From NCBI GenBank assembly GCA_002897695.1, contig BDTG01000041.1, positions 20,101-84,100 of the forward strand: a stretch of 64,000 bases of DNA, read 5' to 3'. Position numbers and translations under genes: made by a program. The DNA is from a bacterium BMS3Abin14 (GTDB taxonomy: Bacteria; BMS3Abin14). Below are positions 42,408 to 52,406 of this stretch, piece by piece (position 1 is the stretch's first letter; every line of letters begins with the position of its first letter). The notes under the pieces are model-generated. The model saw only the letters and a list, made by a program, of their open reading frames with translations. It was not told the DNA's origin and did not search any database.

Positions 42408-43640
42408 TTAGATAAAATCCTTCAGCCAATCCCTCATCTTTGCCAGTATCTTGTCAAAAATCCTCGATTCATTTGTGCCAAAGACCCCCTCCCCGCCGTG
42501 GGTTGCCCCGTACTTGATCAGCCCGACTCCGGTAGCGTACATGGGACTTTTAACCACATCCACCAGGCCGCCGACATCTCGAGGATATCCAACCCGGACA
42601 GGCATATTAAAGACCTGTTCCGCCAACTCGGCCATGCCGCTCATGATTACCGTTCCACCGGTCAGGACGATGCCGGAAGCTATGCGGTCATTGTGTCCCG
42701 ATTTGAGTATTTCCCGGTTTATGAGTTCGAAGAACTCTTCCGCTCTCGGTTCGATAATTTCCGACAGGAACCTCCTTGAAACCTTCCTCGGCTTATGGCC
42801 GCCAACGCCCATTACCTCTATTTCCTCATCCTCGCCGACCATTTCGGTGAGAGCGCAGCCGTACTCCTTCTTAATTCTCTCCGCTTCAGTCGCCGGGCTC
42901 CTGAGACCATAGGCGACATCGTTGGTCAGGTTAATGCCTCCCAGAGCGAGAACGGCGGTCTGTCTTATGCTGCCGGCGCCAAATATTGCCAGATCAGTGG
43001 TCCCGCCCCCGATATCAACCAGCGCAACCCCAAGTTCTTTCTCCTCATCAGTGAGAACTGCGCTTGCGGCGGCAAGAGGTTCGAGGACAATATCCAGGAC
43101 GTCCAGACCCGCACGATTGCTGCTTTTGATAATGTTCTGTGCGGACGTTACGGCGCCCGTTACTATATGGACCTTGGCCTCAAGGCGCACACCTGACATG
43201 CCCAGGGGATCGACGATACCGTCCTGGTCGTCCACAATGAACTCCTGGGTCAGGGTGTGGATAATCTCCCGATCCAGCGGCATGGCAACCGCCTGGGCCG
43301 CGTCGATGACCCTTTCAATGTCTTTTTTGGTAACCTCCCTGGTCTTGACCGCAACCACCCCGTGGCTGTTGAACCCCTTGATATGGCCGCCGGCAATCCC
43401 GACATAAGCTCCCTGGATCGGCACCCCGGCCATGAGTTCGGCCTCCTCGACAGCCTTTTTGATGGAATCCACGGTGGCGTCGATGTTGATCACCACCCCT
43501 TTTCGGAGGCCTTTGGACGGGGTGGTGCCGATCCCTATGATCTCGCACCATCCTTTCTCGTCTACGGCAGTGACTACGATACATATTTTCGTAGTCCCTA
43601 CATCCAACCCTACAACGATACGCTCCCTACCCTTGGCCAT
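42408..43640 (-). CDS. ftsA: Cell division protein FtsA
   Basis: Actin-like ATPase fold (VGLDVGTTKI). Confidence 0.9.
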   Translation of the reverse strand: MAKGRERIVVGLDVGTTKICIVVTAVDEKGWCEIIGIGTTPSKGLRKGVVINIDATVDSIKKAVEEAELMAGVPIQGAYVGIAGGHIKGFNSHGVVAVKTREVTKKDIERVIDAAQAVAMPLDREIIHTLTQEFIVDDQDGIVDPLGMSGVRLEAKVHIVTGAVTSAQNIIKSSNRAGLDVLDIVLEPLAAASAVLTDEEKELGVALVDIGGGTTDLAIFGAGSIRQTAVLALGGINLTNDVAYGLRSPATEAERIKKEYGCALTEMVGEDEEIEVMGVGGHKPRKVSRRFLSEIIEPRAEEFFELINREILKSGHNDRIASGIVLTGGTVIMSGMAELAEQVFNMPVRVGYPRDVGGLVDVVKSPMYATGVGLIKYGATHGGEGVFGTNESRIFDKILAKMRDWLKDFI

Positions 43641-44511
43641 GGCGAACTCCTCTCAAACCCGAGTCGGCTGATTTTCCGTTAACCCGGCCGACTCTTCCGG
43701 GCACCTTTATTATCCTTCCATCGAAACGCAGATCATATCCGGCCGCTCCGGCATCGAAATGCTTCGACGCCATGAGTCTTGCCAGACGATCCAGCTCGTC
43801 CCTGGATCCATCGGGCGACATGATCAGAGTGGTCCCGGTTTTCACCAGGGCTACCAGGACAGTCCGCTCATTTTTCACCCTTATCTCCGATATGGCATCA
43901 GCCCCAAAGAGTCCGGAAGCCTCCAGGCCTTTCAGAACCTTCAGTGCGCCCACCGCATCGGCCAACCGTTCGCCTGGGCTCCAATCCCCTGACAGGCCCG
44001 TTATCAGGGGCAGTGCCCCCGGATACCTGCCGGACATGCTCAGCACGATGCCCTCCATGTCCACCACGGGATACCCCCGGCCCATGACCACCGCCGCGGG
44101 ACGGCGTTCCTCTATGTTGATCTCCATGGTATCCGGAAGCTGTCTTACTACAACAGCGCTTTCGACCCGGGGCAGCTTTTTCACCCTTTCAAGGACATCG
44201 CCGAGGTCCACCCTTAAAAGCGGCGCCCCCTCCCGAATCCCGGAGGCCATGACAATTCTCCTCCTGGTGACATCCCTGGATCCTGTGACGATGATCCTCT
44301 TCACCGAAAGGGCAGGCATGTCGATAAGGGCATTGCCTCCCAGCCAGGCCCCGTAGATCAACGACACCATGGCCAGTCCCGCAATCACCCCTCTTAACAC
44401 CCACCAGCTTTTTGCTGCCGTCTCGCGCGAGGGACGCAACGCAATCCGTTTTTTCACCGCGCTTTTTCTCCTGACGGTCTTCCTGGAAATGGGTTTATTC
44501 CTGCGTCCCAC
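43627..44511 (-). CDS. ftsQ: Cell division protein FtsQ
   Basis: N-terminal TM, POTRA and the FtsQ beta domain. Position is between ddl and ftsA. Confidence 0.8.
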   Translation of the reverse strand: MGRRNKPISRKTVRRKSAVKKRIALRPSRETAAKSWWVLRGVIAGLAMVSLIYGAWLGGNALIDMPALSVKRIIVTGSRDVTRRRIVMASGIREGAPLLRVDLGDVLERVKKLPRVESAVVVRQLPDTMEINIEERRPAAVVMGRGYPVVDMEGIVLSMSGRYPGALPLITGLSGDWSPGERLADAVGALKVLKGLEASGLFGADAISEIRVKNERTVLVALVKTGTTLIMSPDGSRDELDRLARLMASKHFDAGAAGYDLRFDGRIIKVPGRVGRVNGKSADSGLRGVRHGQG

Positions 44512-44513
44512 GG

Positions 44514-45416
44514 CTACTTGCTCCCCTCTCCCGCGGTTTTCAGCATCTCCAGGACCAGGGATTGAAAATCGATACCCATTCCCTGAGCCGATTTGGGGAG
44601 GAGGCTTGTGGGTGTCATTCCCGGGATGGTGTTCACCTCAAGGACCTTGAAATTTCCGTCCTGGCCTCTCAGGTCAACCCTGACCGCCCCGCTGCACCTT
44701 AACGCGTGAGAGGTCTCAAGGCCCGTGCTGCGAACAAGCTCCGTCATTTCCGGGTCAAGGGGCGCCGGCACCCTGTACTCATCAGCGCCGGTAACATATT
44801 TTGTCTCATAGTCATAAAACCCGTTCGCCGTGACGATCTGGACCACTGCCAGCGGCTTCCCGTTAAGGATACCGACGGTATATTCCTCCCCGGGCACGAA
44901 GGACTCGATCAGCACATACGGATCATGCCGGGCGGCATCCCTGATCGCCTTCTTGAGAGTTCCCTTTTCCCGGACGATGGAGATGCCGATGGTAGAACCC
45001 TCACGGCTTGGTTTCACCACGACAGGAAAAGGCATGTTGATCTCATGATCATAATCCCCAGGCCCCATGGAAACGTACGGGGCAGTGGGGATTCCGCAGG
45101 CATCGAGTATCCTCTTGGTCTGGATCTTGTCCATGGCGAGCGCTGAAGCGAGGACCCCGCTGCCCGTGTAGGGTATATCCATGAGTTCCAGAGCCCCCTG
45201 GATTGTCCCGTCCTCACCGCCTCTTCCGTGGAGAGCGATAAAGGCCACATCGACCTTTTTCCTTAACATCTCCGAACGCCAATCCCCGGCGGTATCAACT
45301 GTAACCGCATCGACATCTCTTTCCAGAAGGGCCGAACAGATGGAGTTTCCGGTGACAAGAGAAACATCCCTCTCGGCGGATCGCCCCCCCATCAGAACCC
45401 CCACTTCAGTAGACAA
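44514..45416 (-). CDS. ddl: D-alanine--D-alanine ligase
   Basis: ATP-grasp Ddl motifs. Confidence 0.9.
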   Translation of the reverse strand: MSTEVGVLMGGRSAERDVSLVTGNSICSALLERDVDAVTVDTAGDWRSEMLRKKVDVAFIALHGRGGEDGTIQGALELMDIPYTGSGVLASALAMDKIQTKRILDACGIPTAPYVSMGPGDYDHEINMPFPVVVKPSREGSTIGISIVREKGTLKKAIRDAARHDPYVLIESFVPGEEYTVGILNGKPLAVVQIVTANGFYDYETKYVTGADEYRVPAPLDPEMTELVRSTGLETSHALRCSGAVRVDLRGQDGNFKVLEVNTIPGMTPTSLLPKSAQGMGIDFQSLVLEMLKTAGEGSK

Positions 45417-46305
45417 TCTTCACCTCCTCCTTCAGGCCAACCTCAAACTTCTCCAGGACAGCGGCCTTCACCATCCCGGCAAGCGCCTCAAAATCACCCG
45501 CCGTAGCACCGCCAATGTTGACGAGGAAGTTGGCGTGGACATCCGAGACCTGTGCGCCCCCGACTGTCAGGCCTTTCAGGCCTGCCGCCTCTATGAGCCT
45601 TCCCGCGTTGTCTCCCTCAGGGTTCACGAACCAGCAGCCTGCGCTTGGAAGCCCCAGCGGTTGGCCGGCCTTTTTCCGTGCCAGCATCTCCCCGATTCTT
45701 CTGTCCACAGCCTCGGGGCTGTCCAGGGAAAACCCGATCCTTACCCTGGTTATGACGGCGTCTGCAGGGAGCGCCAACCGCCGGTACCTGAAGTCCAGGT
45801 CCTTTCTCTCAATCCAGGAGGTTATGCCCTCGGCCACGACCTGGATCGCCATTACAGGTCCCGCCATTTCCCCGCCGCCTGCCCCGGCGTTCATCCTCAC
45901 CGCCCCCCCGATGGTTCCCGGGATTCCGGCTGCGAATTCAAACCCCGTCAGCCCCATTCGGGCGGTTTTCGCTACTATCCCGGCTGTCCCGGCGGCTGCG
46001 CCGGCCTCCATGGTCGTTTCGTTAATTTCCTCCACATCGGCAAATCCTCTGCCCAATCGGATCACGCATCCACCAAAGCCCGACTCCGGAAAAAAAACGT
46101 TGGTGCCGCTGCCCAGTATCATCCAGCTGATGTCCCTCCCCTCGAAAGCATCAAACAGGGTCCGGAGATCCTGAAGGGTCTCAGGTATGGCCACAAGATC
46201 GGCCTTTCCACCTACTTTCAGGGAACAGTAGCGAGACATTGGTTCTTCGCTGTGGACGGGCCCGGAAAAACCCTCCGCCCGCAATAGTTCCGCCAGGTTT
46301 TTCAC
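45406..46305 (-). CDS. murB: UDP-N-acetylenolpyruvoylglucosamine reductase
   Basis: FAD-binding MurB pattern. Confidence 0.9.
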   Translation of the reverse strand: MKNLAELLRAEGFSGPVHSEEPMSRYCSLKVGGKADLVAIPETLQDLRTLFDAFEGRDISWMILGSGTNVFFPESGFGGCVIRLGRGFADVEEINETTMEAGAAAGTAGIVAKTARMGLTGFEFAAGIPGTIGGAVRMNAGAGGGEMAGPVMAIQVVAEGITSWIERKDLDFRYRRLALPADAVITRVRIGFSLDSPEAVDRRIGEMLARKKAGQPLGLPSAGCWFVNPEGDNAGRLIEAAGLKGLTVGGAQVSDVHANFLVNIGGATAGDFEALAGMVKAAVLEKFEVGLKEEVKIVY

Positions 46306-47684
46306 TCCTGGTCCTCCAGCCTGCTGAGCACCTCTTCCCCGGCCCGCCAGACATCACCGGCGCCCAGGGTAAGGAGAAGCTCCCCTTTCCGGATCTCCTC
46401 GAGAACGCGGTCAACGGCCTCCGCCCTGGTTCCGACATATTTAACGTAGCGGTGACCATGCCCGACCATCATTGCTGCTACTTTTTCACCGGTAAGCCCC
46501 TCTATGACGGTCTCCCCGGCGGCATAAATGTCGCAAACCAGAACCCTGTCGGCGTTATGAAACGCCGTCCCGAAATCCCCCAGAAGATCCTGCGTCCTGG
46601 AATACCTGTGCGGCTGGAAGAGAACCACGATGGGGCCCTCCCATCCCTCGCGAGCCGCCTTCAATGTGGCCTTGATCTCGGTGGGATGGTGGCCGTAATC
46701 GTCGTAGACGGCGATGCCGGCTGCCATCCCCTTGAACTGGAACCGTCGCTGAACACCCGTAAAGGAGCCCAGCGCCCGGGAAATCGTATGGAAAGGAATA
46801 TCCAGCTCAAGCCCCACCGCGATTGCCGCCAGGGAGTTGTAGACATTGTGCGCTCCCGGCACACGGAGGGTAACGGCGCCAAGGGGCGCCCCATCCAGTT
46901 CGGCGGAAAATGATGATTCGAAACCCGAATGGACCACGTCCCTGGCCATCACGTTCGCCTGGGTGGTCAGACCGTACGTCAGATACGGCCTGTCTATCCC
47001 CAGAAGGAGGCCGGCCACTTCAGGATCGTCCAGGCACAGGATTGCCCTGCCGTAAAAGGGAACCTTGAGCAGGAATTGCCGGAAAGCATCCCTCAGATCA
47101 TCCATGGTCCCATAGTGATCCATGTGCTCCCTGTCGATATTGGTCACAACCGCGATAGTCGGTGTCAATTGGAGAAAGGAGCCGTCGGACTCGTCAGCCT
47201 CTGCTACGAGATAGTCCCCTGTCCCGAGCAGGGCATTTATCCCGAGACTGTTGAGCTTCCCGCCTATGACAACAGTGGGATCGAGATTCGCTTCCGCCAT
47301 TACCGCAGCCACCATGGATGTTGTTGAAGTCTTCCCGTGAGAGCCGGCTACGGCGATTCCGTATTTCATGCGCATGAGTTCATTCAGCATGGCTGCCCTT
47401 GCCACGACGGGGATGCCTGCCTCCCTGGCAGCTACCACTTCCGGGTTATCCTCGCGTATTGCCGAGGATATGATCACCACGTCAGGGGTCCCGATATTTT
47501 CGGCGCTGTGCCCTTTCAGGACCCTGGCGCCAAGTTCCGTAAGCCTTTCCGTTGTTTCGCCGGCAGCCAGATCTGATCCCGAGACCACGTATCCGAGGTT
47601 AAGCAGCACCTCGGCGATTCCCGACATACCGATACCGCCGATCCCTACGAAGTGAAGATTTCGTGTCTTGCGAAGCTTGACCAA
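46302..47684 (-). CDS. murC: UDP-N-acetylmuramate--L-alanine ligase
   Basis: Mur ligase motif GTNGKT-like (VAGSHGKTSTT). Confidence 0.9.
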   Translation of the reverse strand: MVKLRKTRNLHFVGIGGIGMSGIAEVLLNLGYVVSGSDLAAGETTERLTELGARVLKGHSAENIGTPDVVIISSAIREDNPEVVAAREAGIPVVARAAMLNELMRMKYGIAVAGSHGKTSTTSMVAAVMAEANLDPTVVIGGKLNSLGINALLGTGDYLVAEADESDGSFLQLTPTIAVVTNIDREHMDHYGTMDDLRDAFRQFLLKVPFYGRAILCLDDPEVAGLLLGIDRPYLTYGLTTQANVMARDVVHSGFESSFSAELDGAPLGAVTLRVPGAHNVYNSLAAIAVGLELDIPFHTISRALGSFTGVQRRFQFKGMAAGIAVYDDYGHHPTEIKATLKAAREGWEGPIVVLFQPHRYSRTQDLLGDFGTAFHNADRVLVCDIYAAGETVIEGLTGEKVAAMMVGHGHRYVKYVGTRAEAVDRVLEEIRKGELLLTLGAGDVWRAGEEVLSRLEDQE

Positions 47685-47696
47685 ACCACTGCTCTC

Positions 47697-48812
47697 CTAT
47701 TGTCCTGCTGCTTGATTCCCCTGTCTTAAACCCGCCAAACGGTGCATCTCCTCGCCGGCGATTCTGTGCGCCGCGTCCGATGTGCCCGCCCTTCTGCAGG
47801 CGGCCGCCATCTTTTCAAGGAGAGGCGGCGAATTTAGCAGGTGTTTAATCTCGCCCTGCAGCAAGGCCGGGTTTGCCTCGGCGGCCTCTATGGTTACCGC
47901 TCCTCCGAATTCCTCAAGCCACCTGCTGTTCGCCCGCTGGTGCTGCTCCGCAGCATGAGGATAGGGGATGAGAATTGCCGGAAGTCCGGCGGCGGCAAGT
48001 TCGGACACCGCCATGGCCCCGGCTCGCGACAGGCACAGATCAGCCCTGGCATAGTAATCCCCCATGTCCTGAATGAAGGGAATTACCTCCACCTCGACCC
48101 CTTCCATCTCATAATGGTCCTTCACCCTCTTTCCGTGGATCGTTCCGGTTTGATGTATCACCTCCATGGAGCTGTTGCCCCTCAGCAAGTCCGGAACCGC
48201 TTCCATGGCGAGGTCGTTGAGCTGCGCCGCTCCCTGGCTGCCTCCCAGGATCAGCAGACAGGTTCTCCGTTCTCCGGCAGCAGCTTTGCCGGTTTCACCT
48301 GACACAAGGGCCTGGCGCCGAATGGGGTTGCCCGTGATGACCGTCTTTCCCATGGGAAACAACGGCTTTATCGTCGGAAATCCCAGGTAGATCCTCTGGG
48401 CGAAGCGCGAAAGAAAAAGGTTTGCCCTTCCCGGAATTACGTTCTGCTCCAGGATGCACCTGGGCACTCCCCTGAGTGAAGCGGCGATCACCCCCGGGAC
48501 CGAGGCATATCCTCCCACTCCCACCACGAGGTCGGGGGATAATCGGCCGAGTAACCGGTACGCTTTCAGGACAGCTCTCATCAATCCCACCGACCTTGCA
48601 AATCCTCTCATTGCCCCCATATTCATGATGCCCGCGATGGGAAGCGTTACCAGTTCATATCCCAACCGCGGGATCACCTTCGTCTCCAGCCCCCTGTCGG
48701 CTCCCATAAATACGATTTCCGTCCCGCTCTCAATCTCACGAAAGGCATCCGCGAGGGCTACACCCGGAAAGAGATGTCCGCCCGTCCCGCCACCCGCGAC
48801 AATCACTTTCAT
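47697..48812 (-). CDS. murG: UDP-GlcNAc:lipid I GlcNAc transferase
   Basis: GGTGGHLFP N-terminal motif. Confidence 0.9.
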   Translation of the reverse strand: MKVIVAGGGTGGHLFPGVALADAFREIESGTEIVFMGADRGLETKVIPRLGYELVTLPIAGIMNMGAMRGFARSVGLMRAVLKAYRLLGRLSPDLVVGVGGYASVPGVIAASLRGVPRCILEQNVIPGRANLFLSRFAQRIYLGFPTIKPLFPMGKTVITGNPIRRQALVSGETGKAAAGERRTCLLILGGSQGAAQLNDLAMEAVPDLLRGNSSMEVIHQTGTIHGKRVKDHYEMEGVEVEVIPFIQDMGDYYARADLCLSRAGAMAVSELAAAGLPAILIPYPHAAEQHQRANSRWLEEFGGAVTIEAAEANPALLQGEIKHLLNSPPLLEKMAAACRRAGTSDAAHRIAGEEMHRLAGLRQGNQAAGQ

Positions 48813-49903
48813 GCCGCGCTTTCCGTGGAGGCCACATTGAGCACGACTCCAATGGCAATGGCGGAAGCCAGGAGGGAAGATCCGCCATAGCTCATGAATG
48901 GAAGCGGCAATCCCTTCGTGGGCAGGAGCCCGACCACGACCATGCAGTTGATAAGCGCCTGCAAACCGATCATCAGCGTCATGCCGGCAGCGAGAAGTGA
49001 ACCGAAGTTGTCGGGGGCATTCCGGGCTATCTTCATCCCTCTGGCCACCAGCACCGCGAACAGGGCAAGAACGATAGCCACACCCACGAACCCCAGTTCC
49101 TCTCCCACAACGGCCAGGATAAAATCAGTATGTGATTCCGGCAGGAAAAGGAGTTTGCTTTTTCCACCCCCAAGGCCGGTTCCCAGGACTCCCCCATCCC
49201 CGAAAGCAAGGAAGGACTGGACCAGTTGAAAACCGGAACCTTCATATTCCTTCCATGGGTTGAGAAACGCCTGGATCCTCTGGATTCTGAAACCCTTGTC
49301 CATAACCAGGAAAACGACTACGGGGATAGAGGCACAACCGAGCCCAACAAGTCTTCCAAAGGGGACCCCTCCCACAAAAAGGATGGCGAATCCCAGTATC
49401 CCCAGGAAGATGGCAGTGCCCAGGTCCGGCTCGAGCACAACGAGCCCCAGAATGAGGGCGAGGATGAGGATAGGCTTCATCAGTATTGTCCCATCCCTAC
49501 GCACATCATCCCCGCGTCCCCCAAGATATCTTGCCAGGTAGATGACAACGACCAATTTCGCGAACTCGGCGATCTGAATGGAGAAGGGGCCAAGTTTGAG
49601 CCACCGCGTAGCGTTATTTGCGGTGTGGCCAAGGGGGCTCAGAACCACCCCCAGGAGCCCCACGGTGAGTATAAGGAGAGGAGCAGCGCCCGTGATCCAA
49701 ATCTTATAAGGTATCAACGAGACGATGACCATGGTCAGCAGCGCCATGATGCTGAAGAAAAGCTGCCTCTTGAAGAAAAATGCACTATCCCCCATGTCTC
49801 TGCCCGCCCTGACTGCACTGGCGCTGTACACCATGACCGTACCGAGGATCATCAGGGCAAGGACCGCTATTACGATGACCGGATCAATTCTGAAACTTTT
49901 CAT
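48809..49903 (-). CDS. ftsW: Peptidoglycan glycosyltransferase FtsW (SEDS family)
   Basis: Ten TM helices with the SEDS signature. Confidence 0.9.
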   Translation of the reverse strand: MKSFRIDPVIVIAVLALMILGTVMVYSASAVRAGRDMGDSAFFFKRQLFFSIMALLTMVIVSLIPYKIWITGAAPLLILTVGLLGVVLSPLGHTANNATRWLKLGPFSIQIAEFAKLVVVIYLARYLGGRGDDVRRDGTILMKPILILALILGLVVLEPDLGTAIFLGILGFAILFVGGVPFGRLVGLGCASIPVVVFLVMDKGFRIQRIQAFLNPWKEYEGSGFQLVQSFLAFGDGGVLGTGLGGGKSKLLFLPESHTDFILAVVGEELGFVGVAIVLALFAVLVARGMKIARNAPDNFGSLLAAGMTLMIGLQALINCMVVVGLLPTKGLPLPFMSYGGSSLLASAIAIGVVLNVASTESAA

Positions 49904-51309
49904 TCTGCTCCACCGATGTACCGCCCAACCAGCTTTTTGAATATCTTGCCGCGCTCTTCAAAACTGTTGAACATATCAAAGCTGGAAGAAGCCGGAGAAA
50001 AAAGGATCTCATTACCGGGCCTGGCCCAGTCAATGGCCTCTTTTACCGCCTCGTTGAGGTTCCCGGCCATGAAAATTGGGGCCGTATCCTCAAGAGCATC
50101 CCTCATCCTTTCACCCGATTCACCGATAAGGATCAATCGGCTGACTTTCCGCGAGATCGGCCCCCTCAGGGGGTCGAAAGAAGTGCCCTTGTCCTTCCCA
50201 CCCATGATCAGAATGACGTCGGAATGCAGCCCTTCCAGAGATCGCATCGTAGCCCCGACATTGGTCCCTTTTGAATCGTTGTAAATGGGGACCCCCCGGA
50301 AAAAGGCAACAGGCTCCATCCTGTGCTCCAGACCGGGGAAAGTTTCCATGGCACGGGCCATGCTGGAAGGCTGAATACCCATTTTCCACCCGGCCGCCAC
50401 CGCCGCAAGGCAGTTCTCCAGATTGTGCTTTCCGACAAGACGAATTTCGCCGGAATGGATGACCCTTATCTCTTTTTCTCCGTCCCGAATGACGATCCAG
50501 CCAGAAGTAAAAACAACACCCTGCTTCAGGTTTTTCTTCCTGCTGAAGGGAAACAGGCGTGGACGAATGTTCTGGGCCATCCGCATGACAGCCGGATCAT
50601 CGGCATTGACCACTGCCCAGTCCTCCTCTTCCATGTTCCTGAAGATGTTGGCCTTGGCCTCAATATAGTCTCCCTCACCGGCGTAGCGATCGAGGTGATC
50701 AGGGGAGATGTTGAGAAGAACACCGACTGCAGGATGGAACCTCTCTACCGTTTCAAGCTGAAAGCTCGAAACCTCCACGATAAACCAGGAGATACCTCCT
50801 TCCCTGAGGATCATCTCCGTAACGGGTGTCCCAAGGTTTCCGCCCACCGCGGAAGGGATCTTTCCAACCCTGGCAAACTCACCGAGGAGGGTGGTTGTCG
50901 TTGATTTGCCGTTGGTACCCGTAATTGCCACCCATGGCGACCTGGACAGCCTGTAGGCCAACTCCATCTCCCCTATTACCGTCGCGCCGCATTTAACGGC
51001 ACGCCGCACAAACTCCGAATCCATCGGTACTCCCGGGCTCAGGACAACAAGCCCGTGCCCTTCCGCAAGATCCAATGGATGTCCTCCCCACCGTATATCT
51101 ATTCCCGGGTGAAGTTTTCCGGGCATGTCGGTAAAATCCTCTCTGTCCATCAATTCGCTGACCACTACCCGGCAGCCCACGTCTGCCAGCAACTCGGCTG
51201 CCGAACGACCGGAACGCCCGAAACCCACCACGAGAACAGGCTTATCCCCCTCAAGGAACTTTCCAATGGGGTCCTCTGGATCCCTTAATTTTGCCCTCGT
51301 TTTTCGCAT
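49900..51309 (-). CDS. murD: UDP-MurNAc-L-Ala--D-Glu ligase
   Basis: Mur ligase motif ITGTNGKSTTT. Confidence 0.9.
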   Translation of the reverse strand: MRKTRAKLRDPEDPIGKFLEGDKPVLVVGFGRSGRSAAELLADVGCRVVVSELMDREDFTDMPGKLHPGIDIRWGGHPLDLAEGHGLVVLSPGVPMDSEFVRRAVKCGATVIGEMELAYRLSRSPWVAITGTNGKSTTTTLLGEFARVGKIPSAVGGNLGTPVTEMILREGGISWFIVEVSSFQLETVERFHPAVGVLLNISPDHLDRYAGEGDYIEAKANIFRNMEEEDWAVVNADDPAVMRMAQNIRPRLFPFSRKKNLKQGVVFTSGWIVIRDGEKEIRVIHSGEIRLVGKHNLENCLAAVAAGWKMGIQPSSMARAMETFPGLEHRMEPVAFFRGVPIYNDSKGTNVGATMRSLEGLHSDVILIMGGKDKGTSFDPLRGPISRKVSRLILIGESGERMRDALEDTAPIFMAGNLNEAVKEAIDWARPGNEILFSPASSSFDMFNSFEERGKIFKKLVGRYIGGAE

Positions 51310-51314
51310 CCGGC

Positions 51315-52406
51315 CTACCTGATCTTCAGGGTGCTGAGTGCGACCAGCACCAGGATTATTGAAATGATCCAGAACCTGACGATGATCTTTGGCTCAGGCC
51401 AGCCTTTTTTCTCGAAATGGTGATGCAGAGGCGCCATCAGGAATACCCTTTTCCCGAAGAGGCGGAAGGAGACAACCTGGATAATTACGCTCAGGGCCTC
51501 CACGACGAAAAGGCCGCCTGCCAGGATCAGAAGAAGTTCCTGCTTGGAAATTACCGCCAGCAGGCCGAGCGCCCCCCCAAGGGAGAGGGATCCGATATCC
51601 CCCATGAATATCTGTGCCGGATAGGTGTTGAACCACAGGAACCCGAGGCTCGCCCCTACCATGGCGCCACAGAAGATTGTCAGCTCTCCGGCTTCGGGGA
51701 CGAAAACAATCTGAAGGTATTGAGCGAATTTTGAGTGGCCGGAAAGATAGATGAACAGGGCGAAGGCCGCGGAGGCGAAGAGGATCGGTCCGATGGCCAG
51801 GCCGTCAAGGCCATCCGTAAGGTTGACAGCGTTGGAGGAGCCGATTATGACCAGCATGACGAAGGGAATATAGGTCCACGACATGTAGATGAGGGCCTCT
51901 TTAAAGAATGGAACCTGAAGGTACGGGCCCCACTGGCCGGAAGGATACAGGTACAGGTAGACCGCGGCCGACAGGCCGATGATGACCTGCGCTCCGAACT
52001 TCGTCCTGATGGTCAGTCCCTTCCCCCTGACGCCGTATAGTTTCATCATGTCGTCAACCAGGCCAAGAATGCCGAAGCTGGAAAAGATGATCAGCACGAC
52101 CCACACCATCCGATTCCCCAGGTCAGCCCAAAGGAGAGTTGAGATCACGATTGCCAGAAAAATCAGCAACCCTCCCATGGTCGGGACCCCGGCCTTGAGG
52201 AGGTGCCCCTCCGGCAGGTATTCTCTGACGTAGTTGCCGGGCTGTGCCGTTTTTAACCTGCCGATAATCCACGGCCCGAGGATGAAACTGATTATCAGGG
52301 CGGTAAGGATGGCAAGGGCAGTCCGGAAAGTAATGTACCTGAAGACATTAAATCCCGTATGAACGGTCCTCATGGACATGAAAAGTTTGAAGAGCAACTC
52401 AGTCAC
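51315..52406 (-). CDS. mraY: Phospho-MurNAc-pentapeptide translocase
   Basis: MraY TM protein with the DDxxD-type motif region. Confidence 0.9.
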   Translation of the reverse strand: MTELLFKLFMSMRTVHTGFNVFRYITFRTALAILTALIISFILGPWIIGRLKTAQPGNYVREYLPEGHLLKAGVPTMGGLLIFLAIVISTLLWADLGNRMVWVVLIIFSSFGILGLVDDMMKLYGVRGKGLTIRTKFGAQVIIGLSAAVYLYLYPSGQWGPYLQVPFFKEALIYMSWTYIPFVMLVIIGSSNAVNLTDGLDGLAIGPILFASAAFALFIYLSGHSKFAQYLQIVFVPEAGELTIFCGAMVGASLGFLWFNTYPAQIFMGDIGSLSLGGALGLLAVISKQELLLILAGGLFVVEALSVIIQVVSFRLFGKRVFLMAPLHHHFEKKGWPEPKIIVRFWIISIILVLVALSTLKIR